Origin: Candidatus Omnitrophota bacterium
GTDB taxonomy: Bacteria; Omnitrophota; Gorgyraeia; JAHJTE01
Reading direction: 5' to 3'
NCBI GenBank assembly: GCA_018830005.1
Contig: JAHJTE010000003.1
Span: 7,674 to 71,673 of the forward strand
Length of the DNA: 64,000 nt
Shown: positions 1 through 11,184 of the stretch, piece after piece
Layout of the letters: every line of letters begins with the position of its first letter
How positions within the stretch are numbered: position 1 is the stretch's first letter
Notes under the pieces: model-generated
Database searches by the model: none
Told to the model about the DNA's origin: nothing
The model's input: only the letters and a program-made list of their open reading frames with translations
Program-made: the position numbers and the translations under genes

Positions 1-10
1 TGCCATAGTC

Positions 11-1090
11 TCACAAGAAAGAGAAGAACTCAACTATCTTCTCTATCACTTTATATCTAATTAAATCGTTATAGAAAACAAATGCGACCAGAACAAGCAA
101 AAGGGCCAAACTTGCTCTATTTAACAACTCTTCGGTTTTATCTGAGAGCGGCTTTTTCCTTATGCGCTCGATAAGTAGAAATAAAAGATGTCCTCCGTCT
201 AAAAGCGGTATGGGCAGGAGATTAAAAATTGCTAAACTTACTCCTAAAACAGCAACTACATGCAGTAGTGCAGCTGGCCCAAATTCGAAGGCCTTATTTG
301 TGGCAAAGAATATTCCCAAGGGGCCTGTGACTGACTCCCTTAATGAGAGGCTACCCAGAAGCATCCTAGATAATGCCTGAAGCGTCAAAGAGGTTATGTC
401 AAATAATCTCTCTGTTCCTTTAGCCAATGCAGGAAATAATCCGTAACTTACTTTTACAGTCTCTTCCGAAGGACTTATTCCAATAAGCGCAATAGTTACT
501 TCTTCGCCCAATAAATTTTTTGTTTTCTTAAATTCAGGCCCTACTGTTAGATTAATTTCTTCTCCATCCCGAACTATTCCTAAATTAACTACCTCGCCTT
601 CTTCTTTATCATGGATAATCGAAGCTACATCCTCCCAATATTGGGTATCCTTCCCATCGATAGAAGTAATAATATCGCCAATTTGTATGCCGGCATGTTT
701 TGCCGGCATATCCTCTAATAATCCACCCACGCTTGTAGTTAAAACAGGAAAGCCGATAAAGAAAATACACCAAAAACAAAAGAAGGACATGAGGTAATTA
801 AACAATGGCCCTGTAATTATTACCTTTGCCCTGTCTTTTAGAGGACGTGCGAGAAATTCATAGCGTTTCCCGCTGTAACTCTCGCGGCTATCTCCAGCCA
901 TCTTTACATAGCCGCCAAGAGGAATAAGGCAGATTACATATTCTGTCTGTTTTCCCTTTATGCTAAATAATTTGGGACCAAACCCCAAAGAGAATCTTTC
1001 TACGCGTATGCCGAGGCATCTTGCAACAATAAAATGACCAAATTCGTGAACAATAATCAATACACTCAATACAGCAAGAAAAATCAACAT
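11..1090 (-). CDS. rseP: RIP metalloprotease RseP (site-2 protease with PDZ domain)
   Basis: HEFGH zinc motif, GGYVKM, PDZ-like middle, NLLPIPLLDGG; downstream of dxr. Confidence 0.95.
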   Translation of the reverse strand: MLIFLAVLSVLIIVHEFGHFIVARCLGIRVERFSLGFGPKLFSIKGKQTEYVICLIPLGGYVKMAGDSRESYSGKRYEFLARPLKDRAKVIITGPLFNYLMSFFCFWCIFFIGFPVLTTSVGGLLEDMPAKHAGIQIGDIITSIDGKDTQYWEDVASIIHDKEEGEVVNLGIVRDGEEINLTVGPEFKKTKNLLGEEVTIALIGISPSEETVKVSYGLFPALAKGTERLFDITSLTLQALSRMLLGSLSLRESVTGPLGIFFATNKAFEFGPAALLHVVAVLGVSLAIFNLLPIPLLDGGHLLFLLIERIRKKPLSDKTEELLNRASLALLLVLVAFVFYNDLIRYKVIEKIVEFFSFL

Positions 1091-1104
1091 GGCCTATCTT
1101 CCTT

Positions 1105-2259
1105 TCAATATATTTTCTTTATAAATTCACGGCTGCGTTTGCGGGTAGAGAAATCAATATTCTCAATATCCTCTAATCTTAAAGAATTGGTCCCCTTATG
1201 ACTTTTGAGTGCCTTTTCTACAACCTTGGGAATACTTGCAAAGTTTAATTCTGAACGCAAGAATGCTGCTACTGCCTCTTCGTTGGCTGCATTTAATACA
1301 GTGCCTGCACTTTGCTTCATTCTAGCTGCCTGATATGCTAAAGACAAACAAGGAAAACGCTTCATATCAGGTTGTGAAAAATCTAAATTCTTTATCTTAT
1401 GAAAATCAAGACTAGGCAAAGGTGACTTAAGACGCTCTGGATACGAGAGTGCAAACTGTATCGGGATTCTCATGTCAGTAATTGATAGCTGTGCTAAAAT
1501 CGAACCATCAATAAACTCAACCATAGAATGCACTGCTGCCTGAGGATGAATCAAGACCTTAATTTTGGCGACATCAACACCAAATAACCATTTTGCCTCA
1601 ATCACCTCTAGTCCCTTATTCATCAACGTAGCTGAATCCACGCTAATCTTTTTGCCCATTGACCAGCGCGGATGACTTAAAACATCTTTTTTATCTACCT
1701 TCCTAAAATCCTTTCTTTTAAAATAAAGCGGCCCCCCGCTTGCTGTCAAAATTATTGATTTTAAGATTCCTAGATTATCTTCCTTGGCTAGACACTGAAA
1801 GATGGCGCACTGTTCACTATCAATCGGAACTAAAGTAGCCTTATGCCGTTGAATTTCCCTCTTAATAATAGAACCAGCGCTTACCAACGCCTCTTTATTA
1901 GCTAATGCAATCTGCTTGCCCGCTTTAATCGCTGCCAGCAACGGATATAAAGCGCTGAATCCGCTTGTTGCAACAAGTATAATATCAGCATTTTTCAAGC
2001 TTGCTAGCTGCTGGATGCCCTCTATGCCTGCAATAACCTTTGTTTTAGAAGGAACTTTTATTTTAAGCGCCTTTACTAGATTATAATCTGCACAAGCCAG
2101 GACCGGGACCTTGAATCTTCTGGCCTGGGAAGCCAAAAGTTCAACATTACTACCAGCAGAAAGACCTACAACAGAAAAGTCTCTTGGAAAACTCTTAATA
2201 ACTTCTAAAGTGCTTCTTCCGATACTACCTGTCGAGCCCAGAATGACTATACGTTTCAT
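1105..2259 (-). CDS. dxr: 1-deoxy-D-xylulose-5-phosphate reductoisomerase
   Basis: LGSTGSIG, LANKE, PIDSE, HPRWSMGKKISVDSATLMNKGLEVIEA. Confidence 0.97.
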   Translation of the reverse strand: MKRIVILGSTGSIGRSTLEVIKSFPRDFSVVGLSAGSNVELLASQARRFKVPVLACADYNLVKALKIKVPSKTKVIAGIEGIQQLASLKNADIILVATSGFSALYPLLAAIKAGKQIALANKEALVSAGSIIKREIQRHKATLVPIDSEQCAIFQCLAKEDNLGILKSIILTASGGPLYFKRKDFRKVDKKDVLSHPRWSMGKKISVDSATLMNKGLEVIEAKWLFGVDVAKIKVLIHPQAAVHSMVEFIDGSILAQLSITDMRIPIQFALSYPERLKSPLPSLDFHKIKNLDFSQPDMKRFPCLSLAYQAARMKQSAGTVLNAANEEAVAAFLRSELNFASIPKVVEKALKSHKGTNSLRLEDIENIDFSTRKRSREFIKKIY

Positions 2260-2314
2260 TAAAATAAATATTTTGTGATTAGAGTGATTTTTTTAAGAGA
2301 TTAAGGACCAAACT

Positions 2315-3115
2315 CTATTTAAACATAACGCTCATGTAAAAATAAATCGCAGGGGTTGTGAATATAAGACTATCTATAACATCCAATACACCGCCTAATC
2401 CCGGCAAAGCACTACTTGCATCCTTAATGCCACAATCGCGCTTGATTAAAGACTCTGAAAGATCTCCAAACAGAGATAGAACGCCAATAAACACAGCAAG
2501 AAAAGCAAGATGCCAAAAACTAAACATTGGCAGCATTAGTTTACTCAAAAGGCAAAAGACGATATTGAAACCAAGGCCAGCCAATGCCCCTTCAACTGTC
2601 TTTTTAGGACTAATGCGCAAGATAAGTGCATGCCTTCCAAAACGAGAACCTACTAAATAAGCACCTATATCTCCTGCCTTTACTGTAAGAATAAGCATGC
2701 CCACAAGGGCTGGACCATGCGGCAGAAAATACAACTTTATCATAAAGCTGAATAACCAGGAAACATAAAGAATACCAAATAAAGTAACTGAAAGAGAAAC
2801 AACTGAAGTCGTTGCTTCTTTGCGGCTTAATTGCAAAAGGAATAAACAGATAAAGGCAAGTGTAATAAATAATAATTCCCAACTTTTTGTCAACTCAAAC
2901 TTAAAGAAAATCGATATAGGGATGACGATTCCGATTAAGATGCCAAAATAACGAAAGACCTTTACCCCTTTTGTCTCTACCATTTTAAAAAATTCATTTA
3001 AGGCTAAGGCGATTAAGGTAGTCACAACTATGGCAAATAGCCATGATATACGAATAGCTATAACGGTCAGGACAACAAGCGCTAAAGTACTAAAGATTCT
3101 TTTTGTAATTTGCAT
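2315..3115 (-). CDS. cdsA: Phosphatidate cytidylyltransferase
   Basis: ISPKKTVEG and GDLSESLIKRDCGIKD...PGLGGVLD motifs; multi-TM. Confidence 0.95.
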   Translation of the reverse strand: MQITKRIFSTLALVVLTVIAIRISWLFAIVVTTLIALALNEFFKMVETKGVKVFRYFGILIGIVIPISIFFKFELTKSWELLFITLAFICLFLLQLSRKEATTSVVSLSVTLFGILYVSWLFSFMIKLYFLPHGPALVGMLILTVKAGDIGAYLVGSRFGRHALILRISPKKTVEGALAGLGFNIVFCLLSKLMLPMFSFWHLAFLAVFIGVLSLFGDLSESLIKRDCGIKDASSALPGLGGVLDVIDSLIFTTPAIYFYMSVMFK

Positions 3116-3159
3116 ATAAAAATATTGATTTTAGATAAATCGAGATTATCTAGATAGAT

Positions 3160-3876
3160 CTAGATTCCCCCGAACCTTCTTGAACGTTCTTGATAAGCGC
3201 AAAGCGCGTTGATAAAATCTTTTTGAGTAAAATCAGGCCAGGGCTTCTGACTAAAGTAAAGTTCACTGTAAGAAATCTGCCAAAGCAAGAAATTGCTAAT
3301 CCTTTGTTCGCCGCTTGTACGGATAAGCAAATCAGGATCAGGTAATCCTGCACTATAAAGGTATCTCTCAAACATCGGCTCGTCAATGGAACCTGCCTTT
3401 AACTTATGACTGATCTTATCATGAATAATTTTATTCACAGCATCAACTATCTCCGTGCGCGATCCATAATTTAAGGCCAGATTTAATATCATTCCTGTGT
3501 TCTTTTTGGTTTTTTCTCTTGCCTCTTCAATTGCCTTCAGGAGCACGGTAGGAAATTCTTTAATTCTGCCTATGCATTCAAAGCGAATGTTATTCTCATT
3601 AAAATTCTTTATCTCCTTAACCAAGAGCATCTTTAAAAGCTGCATCAATAGCCCGAGTTCTTTCTTTGGCCGTTTCCAATTTTCTGTAGAGAATGCAAAA
3701 AGAGTAAGGACTTTTATTTTAAGCCTTGCTGCCTCCCTGACTATTTCCCTGACTCTTGCTACGCCCTTTCTGTGGCCTTCAGAGCGCGGTAGATTACGCA
3801 TCTTGGCCCAACGACCATTACCATCCATAATTATGGCCACATGCTGAGGTATTGATTTCAGATTAAGGCTCTTCAT
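3160..3876 (-). CDS. uppS: Undecaprenyl diphosphate synthase (isoprenyl transferase)
   Basis: HVAIIMDGNGRWA, AFSTENWKRP, IRTSGEQRISNFLLWQ. Confidence 0.97.
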   Translation of the reverse strand: MKSLNLKSIPQHVAIIMDGNGRWAKMRNLPRSEGHRKGVARVREIVREAARLKIKVLTLFAFSTENWKRPKKELGLLMQLLKMLLVKEIKNFNENNIRFECIGRIKEFPTVLLKAIEEAREKTKKNTGMILNLALNYGSRTEIVDAVNKIIHDKISHKLKAGSIDEPMFERYLYSAGLPDPDLLIRTSGEQRISNFLLWQISYSELYFSQKPWPDFTQKDFINALCAYQERSRRFGGI

Positions 3877-3894
3877 ATTAATGCTGTCTCACTT

Positions 3895-3921
3895 AACAAA
3901 ACGGGGGATTAGATATCCCCC
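3895..3921 (-). terminator. Probable intrinsic terminator after the OmpA-like gene
   Basis: 7-bp stem GGGGGAT/ATCCCCC followed by GTTTTGTT on the minus strand. Confidence 0.6.
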
Positions 3922-4009
3922 AAAGAATTGGTACAGAGCGTATTAAAAAATCTAGTAACAATACTAGCTCATAATTTTAACCCTTCTGAATTTGCTTCTA
4001 TACAAAAAT

Positions 4010-4651
4010 CTACTTCAGATTTAGAGCAGGCTTCTTCGGACTAGCCTTTTCTGATTTAGAAATTTCAGGTAAAATTACTATTTCAACGCGTCTATTTTTA
4101 CGCTTTCCTTCTTTAGTCTCGTTGGTATCTACCGGCCTATATTCTCCGTAACCAATTGCAGCCAGCCTCTGAGGCGCTATACCTTTTTTATCAATAAGAT
4201 AATGAACAACGCTGGTAGCTCTTGAGGTAGATAACTCCCAGTTAGACTGCCAGCGAGAATGTTTTATCGGCTGGTTATCAGTATGGCCTTCCACGCCTAC
4301 ATCTAAATCAGGCACAACCTCATTTACAACATCAGCAACCTTATCCAGTATAGGCATAGCGTCTTTCTTAATTTTGGCCTTACCTGAATCAAAGAGAATC
4401 TCAGCTAGAAACGTTACTACCAATCCACGTTCAGCCATTTCTAACTTTACTCCTTTATCTTTAATCTCTTTTGAAAGGCTCTTTCTTAAAGCAGCCCTTG
4501 CTCTTTCTAAATCTTCAAGCTTACTCTCTAGTTCTCCAATCTTCTCTACATCAGAGCGCCTACCTTTTTGAAAAATCAAGGTGCAACCAGTAGTTGCAAA
4601 AGCTATAAATAATACAGTAAAAACAATAATAATGCCTCTTATCTTTATCAT
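4010..4651 (-). CDS. OmpA/MotB-family peptidoglycan-binding lipoprotein with coiled coil
   Basis: Signal peptide with TTG-C lipobox; LFDSGKA, VEGHTDNQPI, SNWELSTSRA, NRRVEI; SD AAGGAGG. Confidence 0.88.
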   Translation of the reverse strand: MIKIRGIIIVFTVLFIAFATTGCTLIFQKGRRSDVEKIGELESKLEDLERARAALRKSLSKEIKDKGVKLEMAERGLVVTFLAEILFDSGKAKIKKDAMPILDKVADVVNEVVPDLDVGVEGHTDNQPIKHSRWQSNWELSTSRATSVVHYLIDKKGIAPQRLAAIGYGEYRPVDTNETKEGKRKNRRVEIVILPEISKSEKASPKKPALNLK

Positions 4652-4710
4652 CTCGCTCCTCCTTTTTTAACTATACCTCATCTTCACGCACAACTCATGT
4701 GCGTCTATCT

Positions 4711-4739
4711 ATAATAGCTAATTTATCAAGTCTTGTCAA
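4711..4739 (-). promoter_or_regulatory. Sigma70-type promoter for the OmpA-like gene
   Basis: TTGACA-17-TATTAT; a 7-bp hairpin (4686-4704) lies in the predicted 5' UTR. Confidence 0.65.
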
Positions 4740-4809
4740 TTATAATTGTATCTATAATCAATTGAAAAAGTTGCGATCTCTAGACTTGGCTGTAAGCTAT
4801 AATGATTAA

Positions 4810-5547
4810 CTATTTGCCATGCCAAATTCTAATTTGAAAGATATTAAAAAACATTCTAAGGGAATCTGTCAGGACATTGACCTTCGAACCTCTGACATGC
4901 CTCCATCTTATAGGCACTTCTTTGATTTTGTATCCAAGTTTATTTGCTAGGTAAAGAACTTCCATATCAAAACCAAATCCGTAAATTTTGACTTGAGAAA
5001 ACAAGGGTTTTATGATTTCTTGCCTAAACATTTTAAAGCCACATTGGGTATCTCCTATCTCCTTTAAGAGAAATCTATGTACACAAAAGTTAAATATCTT
5101 TCCCATAAGCCGGCGGTGAATCCTTGCCTTTATTAATTGCTTTTTACCTTTAATGTTCCGGGAACCAATAATAATATCGTAGCCCTCCTGGAAATAGCGG
5201 ATATTACTTTCGATTTCATCAGGAAGGGTTGAACCATCAGCATCAATAAATAAAACAATGTCTCCTCTGGCCCTAAGAATTCCATATTTTACTGCAAAGC
5301 CTTTACCTCTATTGCGCTTTAAGGATGGGACTTGCAGACTAAGATATAGCTTCTTTAGCTCTAGTGCCTCCTCATAAGTCTCATCCGTACTGCCGTCATC
5401 CACTACGATTATCTCATATTTTTTTGAACTCTTATTGCAATAATCAAAAACTGCCATTAGAAAACGTGGCAAGCGTTTAGCTTCATTTTTAGCTGGAATT
5501 ACAATTGAGATATCTATCTTTTCCCTATGAGAGTTTCTGATTGACAT
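4810..5547 (-). CDS. GT2 polyprenol-phosphate glycosyltransferase (Alg5/DPM-like)
   Basis: SIVIPAKNE, VVDDGSTD, NRGKGFAV, FIDADG, DTQCGFKMF, GFGFDME. Confidence 0.9.
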   Translation of the reverse strand: MSIRNSHREKIDISIVIPAKNEAKRLPRFLMAVFDYCNKSSKKYEIIVVDDGSTDETYEEALELKKLYLSLQVPSLKRNRGKGFAVKYGILRARGDIVLFIDADGSTLPDEIESNIRYFQEGYDIIIGSRNIKGKKQLIKARIHRRLMGKIFNFCVHRFLLKEIGDTQCGFKMFRQEIIKPLFSQVKIYGFGFDMEVLYLANKLGYKIKEVPIRWRHVRGSKVNVLTDSLRMFFNIFQIRIWHGK

Positions 5548-5551
5548 TTAA

Positions 5552-6955
5552 TTACCCTGCTAACGCCTTATGTTGAATCTTTCCTGGAAAATTTAACAAT
5601 ATAATAAGAATGACGGCCAATGGAAAGAAATGTAAAATGAGCCTGGAGAGAGTAAATACTTCTAAGATATCATTAAAATTTTTTGTAAATAACGCAACTG
5701 AAAAATGTAAACCAAAAAATAAAGCTAAACTTAGAAGTAGTATCTGAATAGTAAAATTTTGCCTTACTTTTTTTAATTGTATTATAATTCCTAAGAGAAG
5801 AATAAACCAGATTATATTCCAATTAGAAGTCAGAAAAACTTCCTCTATAAACCTTATTAATATCGTCGGGAGTCGGGCAAAAGAAGCTAACTTAAAATCA
5901 AATTGCCACTTCTCATTAACACCTATATTGGCTAATAACTTATACCCAGCATAAAGAGAATAAATTCCAAAGCTGGGAATTACAAATTTAATAAGTTTAG
6001 AAAATGCTTCTTTAAAAACATTGAATTTTTTATGTATAAGAATAAATATCAATAAGATTGTGTGGATGATAAGATATGCTAAACCCTCTAACTTTAGAAA
6101 GGTCCCAAACCCTGAACACAAAGATGCCAAAATCAAATAGCCATCTTGCTTACGATCATTCCATATGAGTAAAAACATTAAACATAAACAATTGTAATAA
6201 AGCATGGATAAATCTCTCATTGAAACTGTCGCATGTTCAAGCAATAAATCCGAAGAAAAAAGCAAAAGACAACCTAAAAGAGCCCACTTCTTATCAGTAT
6301 AAGACTTAAGAAAATGATAAAATACGGTTAGGAAAGAAACAAATGTCAAAGGGAAGATTATCTTTAAATATTGGTCGTTCCATTGGCCAATATTAATTGC
6401 AAGCCAGGTTAAAGAAAATGGAATTTGAAGCGGGAAAGAAGCATGGGGAACATATGCTAGATTATCTAAGGATCGCTCGTAATAAAATACCTTGGCATTA
6501 AAGGCAGCTGTGGCAATAGAATCCCAGGCATATATGGGCAGCGTCAAGCTTCGGAATAATATGTAAAATATGCCGTAGGATACATAAAGGAGTCCTAAAA
6601 CTAAAAAGATGCATTTTAAAAAATTAAAAAGTCCTGTACTGTTATCTTTATTTGACTCTAGAATCCGATCATCGAAATAGGTATATTCTCGAATCGGCTT
6701 ATTTTTGATAAGTATATAAAAAAACAAGCAGAATATTAATACTGCGAGATTTATACTTATTACATTAAATTGTATGCCTAAAGCTGCCAAAAAAAGCATG
6801 CAATGTGCTAAAATTGCCATACCTAAACCATAGGAAACTGCAAGAGACACAGCTGTGCTTATCTTTATCCCTGAACATACATAGCAAAATAGTAAGTAAC
6901 CCGAAATAAAAGGCAATACTAATGCCAAAAAAATCTTTATTCCAAAAAGAGACAT
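5552..6955 (-). CDS. Polytopic membrane protein, probable GT-C (ArnT/PMT-like) glycosyltransferase
   Basis: About 12 hydrophobic segments; acidic WD in the first large loop and a K-x-EG motif; adjacent to GT2. Confidence 0.6.
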   Translation of the reverse strand: MSLFGIKIFLALVLPFISGYLLFCYVCSGIKISTAVSLAVSYGLGMAILAHCMLFLAALGIQFNVISINLAVLIFCLFFYILIKNKPIREYTYFDDRILESNKDNSTGLFNFLKCIFLVLGLLYVSYGIFYILFRSLTLPIYAWDSIATAAFNAKVFYYERSLDNLAYVPHASFPLQIPFSLTWLAINIGQWNDQYLKIIFPLTFVSFLTVFYHFLKSYTDKKWALLGCLLLFSSDLLLEHATVSMRDLSMLYYNCLCLMFLLIWNDRKQDGYLILASLCSGFGTFLKLEGLAYLIIHTILLIFILIHKKFNVFKEAFSKLIKFVIPSFGIYSLYAGYKLLANIGVNEKWQFDFKLASFARLPTILIRFIEEVFLTSNWNIIWFILLLGIIIQLKKVRQNFTIQILLLSLALFFGLHFSVALFTKNFNDILEVFTLSRLILHFFPLAVILIILLNFPGKIQHKALAG

Positions 6956-7710
6956 CAGTTCCCCTTAACTCTTGAGCTTAACAAGCTCTCCTCGTCTAAT
7001 TTGTATCTTATAATCTCACCCTCAGGAACAAAGGCTCCTGCATTATCTTTTTGATAAAATACATGGACATCAACGGCTTTATGAGGTGGGTGTACTCTTA
7101 TATCAATGGGATATAGGAAATAAGCTAGTCGTCTTTGAGTCGTCATACCAGGATCCCTATCTAATTTCAAATCTGTGTCAAATTCTGCAACATGCATCCC
7201 AGGTAAATATCGCCTGCATTGCATTGCAAACGCATAAACAGAACCAAATAGAAAATATCTTTTTTCAAAAGAACTCATAGACCTGAATCTAATATCCTTG
7301 CTCAAGAAGTTATTTATATTATGAATTGATTGAACGCTTATTGTAGAAATAAAAACTATCATAGCAATTATAAATGGCCTGTTTAAATAAGAACCTAGCA
7401 ACTCTTTATCTTTTCTTTTACAATTTTTAAAGCGAAAATTAGCAAGGATAGCTATTAAAGAGGAGAAACTAATAATTAAATAGAGATAGAAATAAGGATG
7501 CCTATCGTTGATTAGTTTGCTATAACAGCTATTATAGGAACGCTCTACTTGTAGATTTTTAAAAAATATTAAAATTATTTCTAGAAAAGGAAGTTTCAAA
7601 TGCTGGGCTAATAAAAGGAGTAAAATTAATGAAGTGATTAAAACAATAGAAAAACAATAAAAGACTTCTAATAATAAGGTCTTCCCGGGAGCCTGTCTAG
7701 AAATAGTCAT
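6955..7710 (-). CDS. Hypothetical membrane protein (about 3 TM plus soluble C-terminal domain)
   Basis: ORF with hydrophobic segments; stop overlaps the next start; YFLYP motif. Confidence 0.6.
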   Translation of the reverse strand: MTISRQAPGKTLLLEVFYCFSIVLITSLILLLLLAQHLKLPFLEIILIFFKNLQVERSYNSCYSKLINDRHPYFYLYLIISFSSLIAILANFRFKNCKRKDKELLGSYLNRPFIIAMIVFISTISVQSIHNINNFLSKDIRFRSMSSFEKRYFLFGSVYAFAMQCRRYLPGMHVAEFDTDLKLDRDPGMTTQRRLAYFLYPIDIRVHPPHKAVDVHVFYQKDNAGAFVPEGEIIRYKLDEESLLSSRVKGN

Positions 7711-7767
7711 ATTTAAATTTTATATAATCGGTGTGGGTAGGAATTTTTTGTATGAAAGTGCTATCGG

Positions 7768-9861
7768 CTATTTGAAAAGAGTGTATTTTATAATAAAGGC
7801 CGTAAATACAATAGAAACCATGGACATAAGCTTTATCAAAATATTAAGCGAAGGTCCGGAAGTGTCTTTAAACGGATCTCCGATTGTATCTCCTACTACT
7901 GCTGCCTTATGGGCAGGTGAACCTTTTCCGCCCAGATTGCCTTCCTCTATAAATTTTTTTGCGTTATCCCAGGTGCCGCCGGCATTAGCCATCATAACCG
8001 CTAGAATGAAACCAGAAGCTAATGCGCCCATCAATAGTCCCAGTTCAGCTTCAAGCCCCAGTAGTAAACCAACAATTATAGGAGCACAAATTGCCAAAAG
8101 AGACGGCAGGATCATCTCCTTCTGCGCTGCAATAGTTGCTATCCTTACACAAGAGTCGTAATCAGCACACGCCTTGCCGCTCATAATTCCTTTTATCTGT
8201 TTAAATTGTCTGCGCACTTCAACCACAATCTTTCCTGCAGCATTTCCCACTGCCTTCATAGTAAAAGAGCAGAACAGAAAGGCAAGCATTGATCCAATAA
8301 AAATTCCACACACAAGACGAGGATTCAGAAGGCTAAGATCAATTTTCCCACCTAGAATTTCTATCTGTTCTTTATAGGCAACAATTAAGGCAAGGGCAGT
8401 AAGTGCAGCTGAACCTATAGCAAATCCCTTACCAGTCGCAGCTGTAGTATTGCCTAAAGTATCCAAGCTATCAGTGCGTCTGCGCACCTCTGGTGCAAGA
8501 GACGCCATCTGAGCATTTCCACCAGCGTTATCAGCCACAGGTCCATAGGCATCAGTAGCTAAGGTAATTCCCAACGTACTAAGCATGCCTACGCTTGCAA
8601 TGCCAATGCCGTAAAGTCCTAGGCTAAAATTCCAGGCCCCTCCAGATAAATAAAAGGCACTTAATATACCAACTACAATGAGCATTACTGGAATTGCGGT
8701 AGAAAGCATTCCCACAGACATACCTGCTATAATAACTGTTGCCGGGCCTGTCAGAGTAGCATTAGCAACTTTGATAGTAGGCTTATAGCGGCTGGAAGTA
8801 AAATATTCAGTAGAAAGGCCTAGGAATATACCCACCAGCAACCCTACGATTACGGAAAAATATACACCCAGATACTCTCTTCCTAAACTTTTAGTTATAA
8901 TAAAGTAAGAAAAAATCGCAATAAGAATAGCGGTAATAAAGATTGCTCGCCTTAGTGCGTTTAATAAAACTGCTTGGCCTGCTGCCTCTTTTGTCTTTAC
9001 CAAAAATATACCGATAATCGAGGCGATAACGCCGCAGGCTGCCATAGTCATGGGCACAACTACTCCTTTTACTCCCAAACCAGCTGCTACAGCTAAGGCC
9101 ATTGTTGCCACAATTGAACCAACATAAGATTCATAAAGATCTGCCCCCATTCCGGCAACATCACCAACATTGTCGCCTACGTTATCTGCAATAACTGCAG
9201 GATTTCTCGGATCATCTTCAGGAATGCCTGCCTCGATTTTACCAACTAAATCTGCGCCAACATCAGCGGCCTTAGTAAATATACCTCCTCCCACCCTGGC
9301 AAAAAGTGCTTGGCTGCTTGCACCCATTCCAAAACAAAGCATTGTAGATGTAATTGCGCTTATCTTATCAGTTCCAATAGGAATCGGATGGGTTGAATAA
9401 AACCAATCTAGAAAAAAATACCATATAGATAAATCTAGGAGCCCTAAACCAACAACAACAAGACCCATAACTGCACCAGAATTAAATGCAATTCGCAGGC
9501 CTGAATTAAGACTCTTAATTGCGCCATTAGCAGTGCGATTTCCAGCACGAACTGCAATAGATAATCCAATAAAGCCAGCAAGCCCTGAAAAAAATCCACC
9601 TGACAGGAAAGCAAAAGGAACGAAGATAACTAGATGACCTTTGCTTACCAAGAATAACAACAAGAAAAAAACAATGAAGAAAAATATACCAACTATCTTG
9701 TATTGCTGCTTTATGTAAGTATAGGCGCCTTGACGCACATATCCAGCAATCTCAATCATCTTGCTATTGCCTTCAGGTTGCTTAATTATCCAGACAATCA
9801 AGGCAAATGCTACAAATAAAGCAAGTAAAGAACCGACCGGTGCAAGAAAAATTAAACTCAT
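7768..9861 (-). CDS. hppA: Membrane-integral pyrophosphatase, K+-dependent, probable Na+,H+-translocating type
   Basis: GGGIFTKAADVGADLVGKIE, DNVGDNVGD, GNTTAA (Ala form), GDTIGDPFKDTSGP. Confidence 0.95.
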   Translation of the reverse strand: MSLIFLAPVGSLLALFVAFALIVWIIKQPEGNSKMIEIAGYVRQGAYTYIKQQYKIVGIFFFIVFFLLLFLVSKGHLVIFVPFAFLSGGFFSGLAGFIGLSIAVRAGNRTANGAIKSLNSGLRIAFNSGAVMGLVVVGLGLLDLSIWYFFLDWFYSTHPIPIGTDKISAITSTMLCFGMGASSQALFARVGGGIFTKAADVGADLVGKIEAGIPEDDPRNPAVIADNVGDNVGDVAGMGADLYESYVGSIVATMALAVAAGLGVKGVVVPMTMAACGVIASIIGIFLVKTKEAAGQAVLLNALRRAIFITAILIAIFSYFIITKSLGREYLGVYFSVIVGLLVGIFLGLSTEYFTSSRYKPTIKVANATLTGPATVIIAGMSVGMLSTAIPVMLIVVGILSAFYLSGGAWNFSLGLYGIGIASVGMLSTLGITLATDAYGPVADNAGGNAQMASLAPEVRRRTDSLDTLGNTTAATGKGFAIGSAALTALALIVAYKEQIEILGGKIDLSLLNPRLVCGIFIGSMLAFLFCSFTMKAVGNAAGKIVVEVRRQFKQIKGIMSGKACADYDSCVRIATIAAQKEMILPSLLAICAPIIVGLLLGLEAELGLLMGALASGFILAVMMANAGGTWDNAKKFIEEGNLGGKGSPAHKAAVVGDTIGDPFKDTSGPSLNILIKLMSMVSIVFTAFIIKYTLFK

Positions 9862-9888
9862 TTTTTAATCCTTTCTCCTTATTGACTG

Positions 9889-11163
<1,275 letters not shown>

Positions 11164-11184
11164 CTAAATATATTCTTTACTAAA

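Noticed and set aside
1-6. ATG GCA start of a further minus-strand gene after rseP (ispG expected by synteny)
   Set aside because: Only two codons are visible, so no call is possible.
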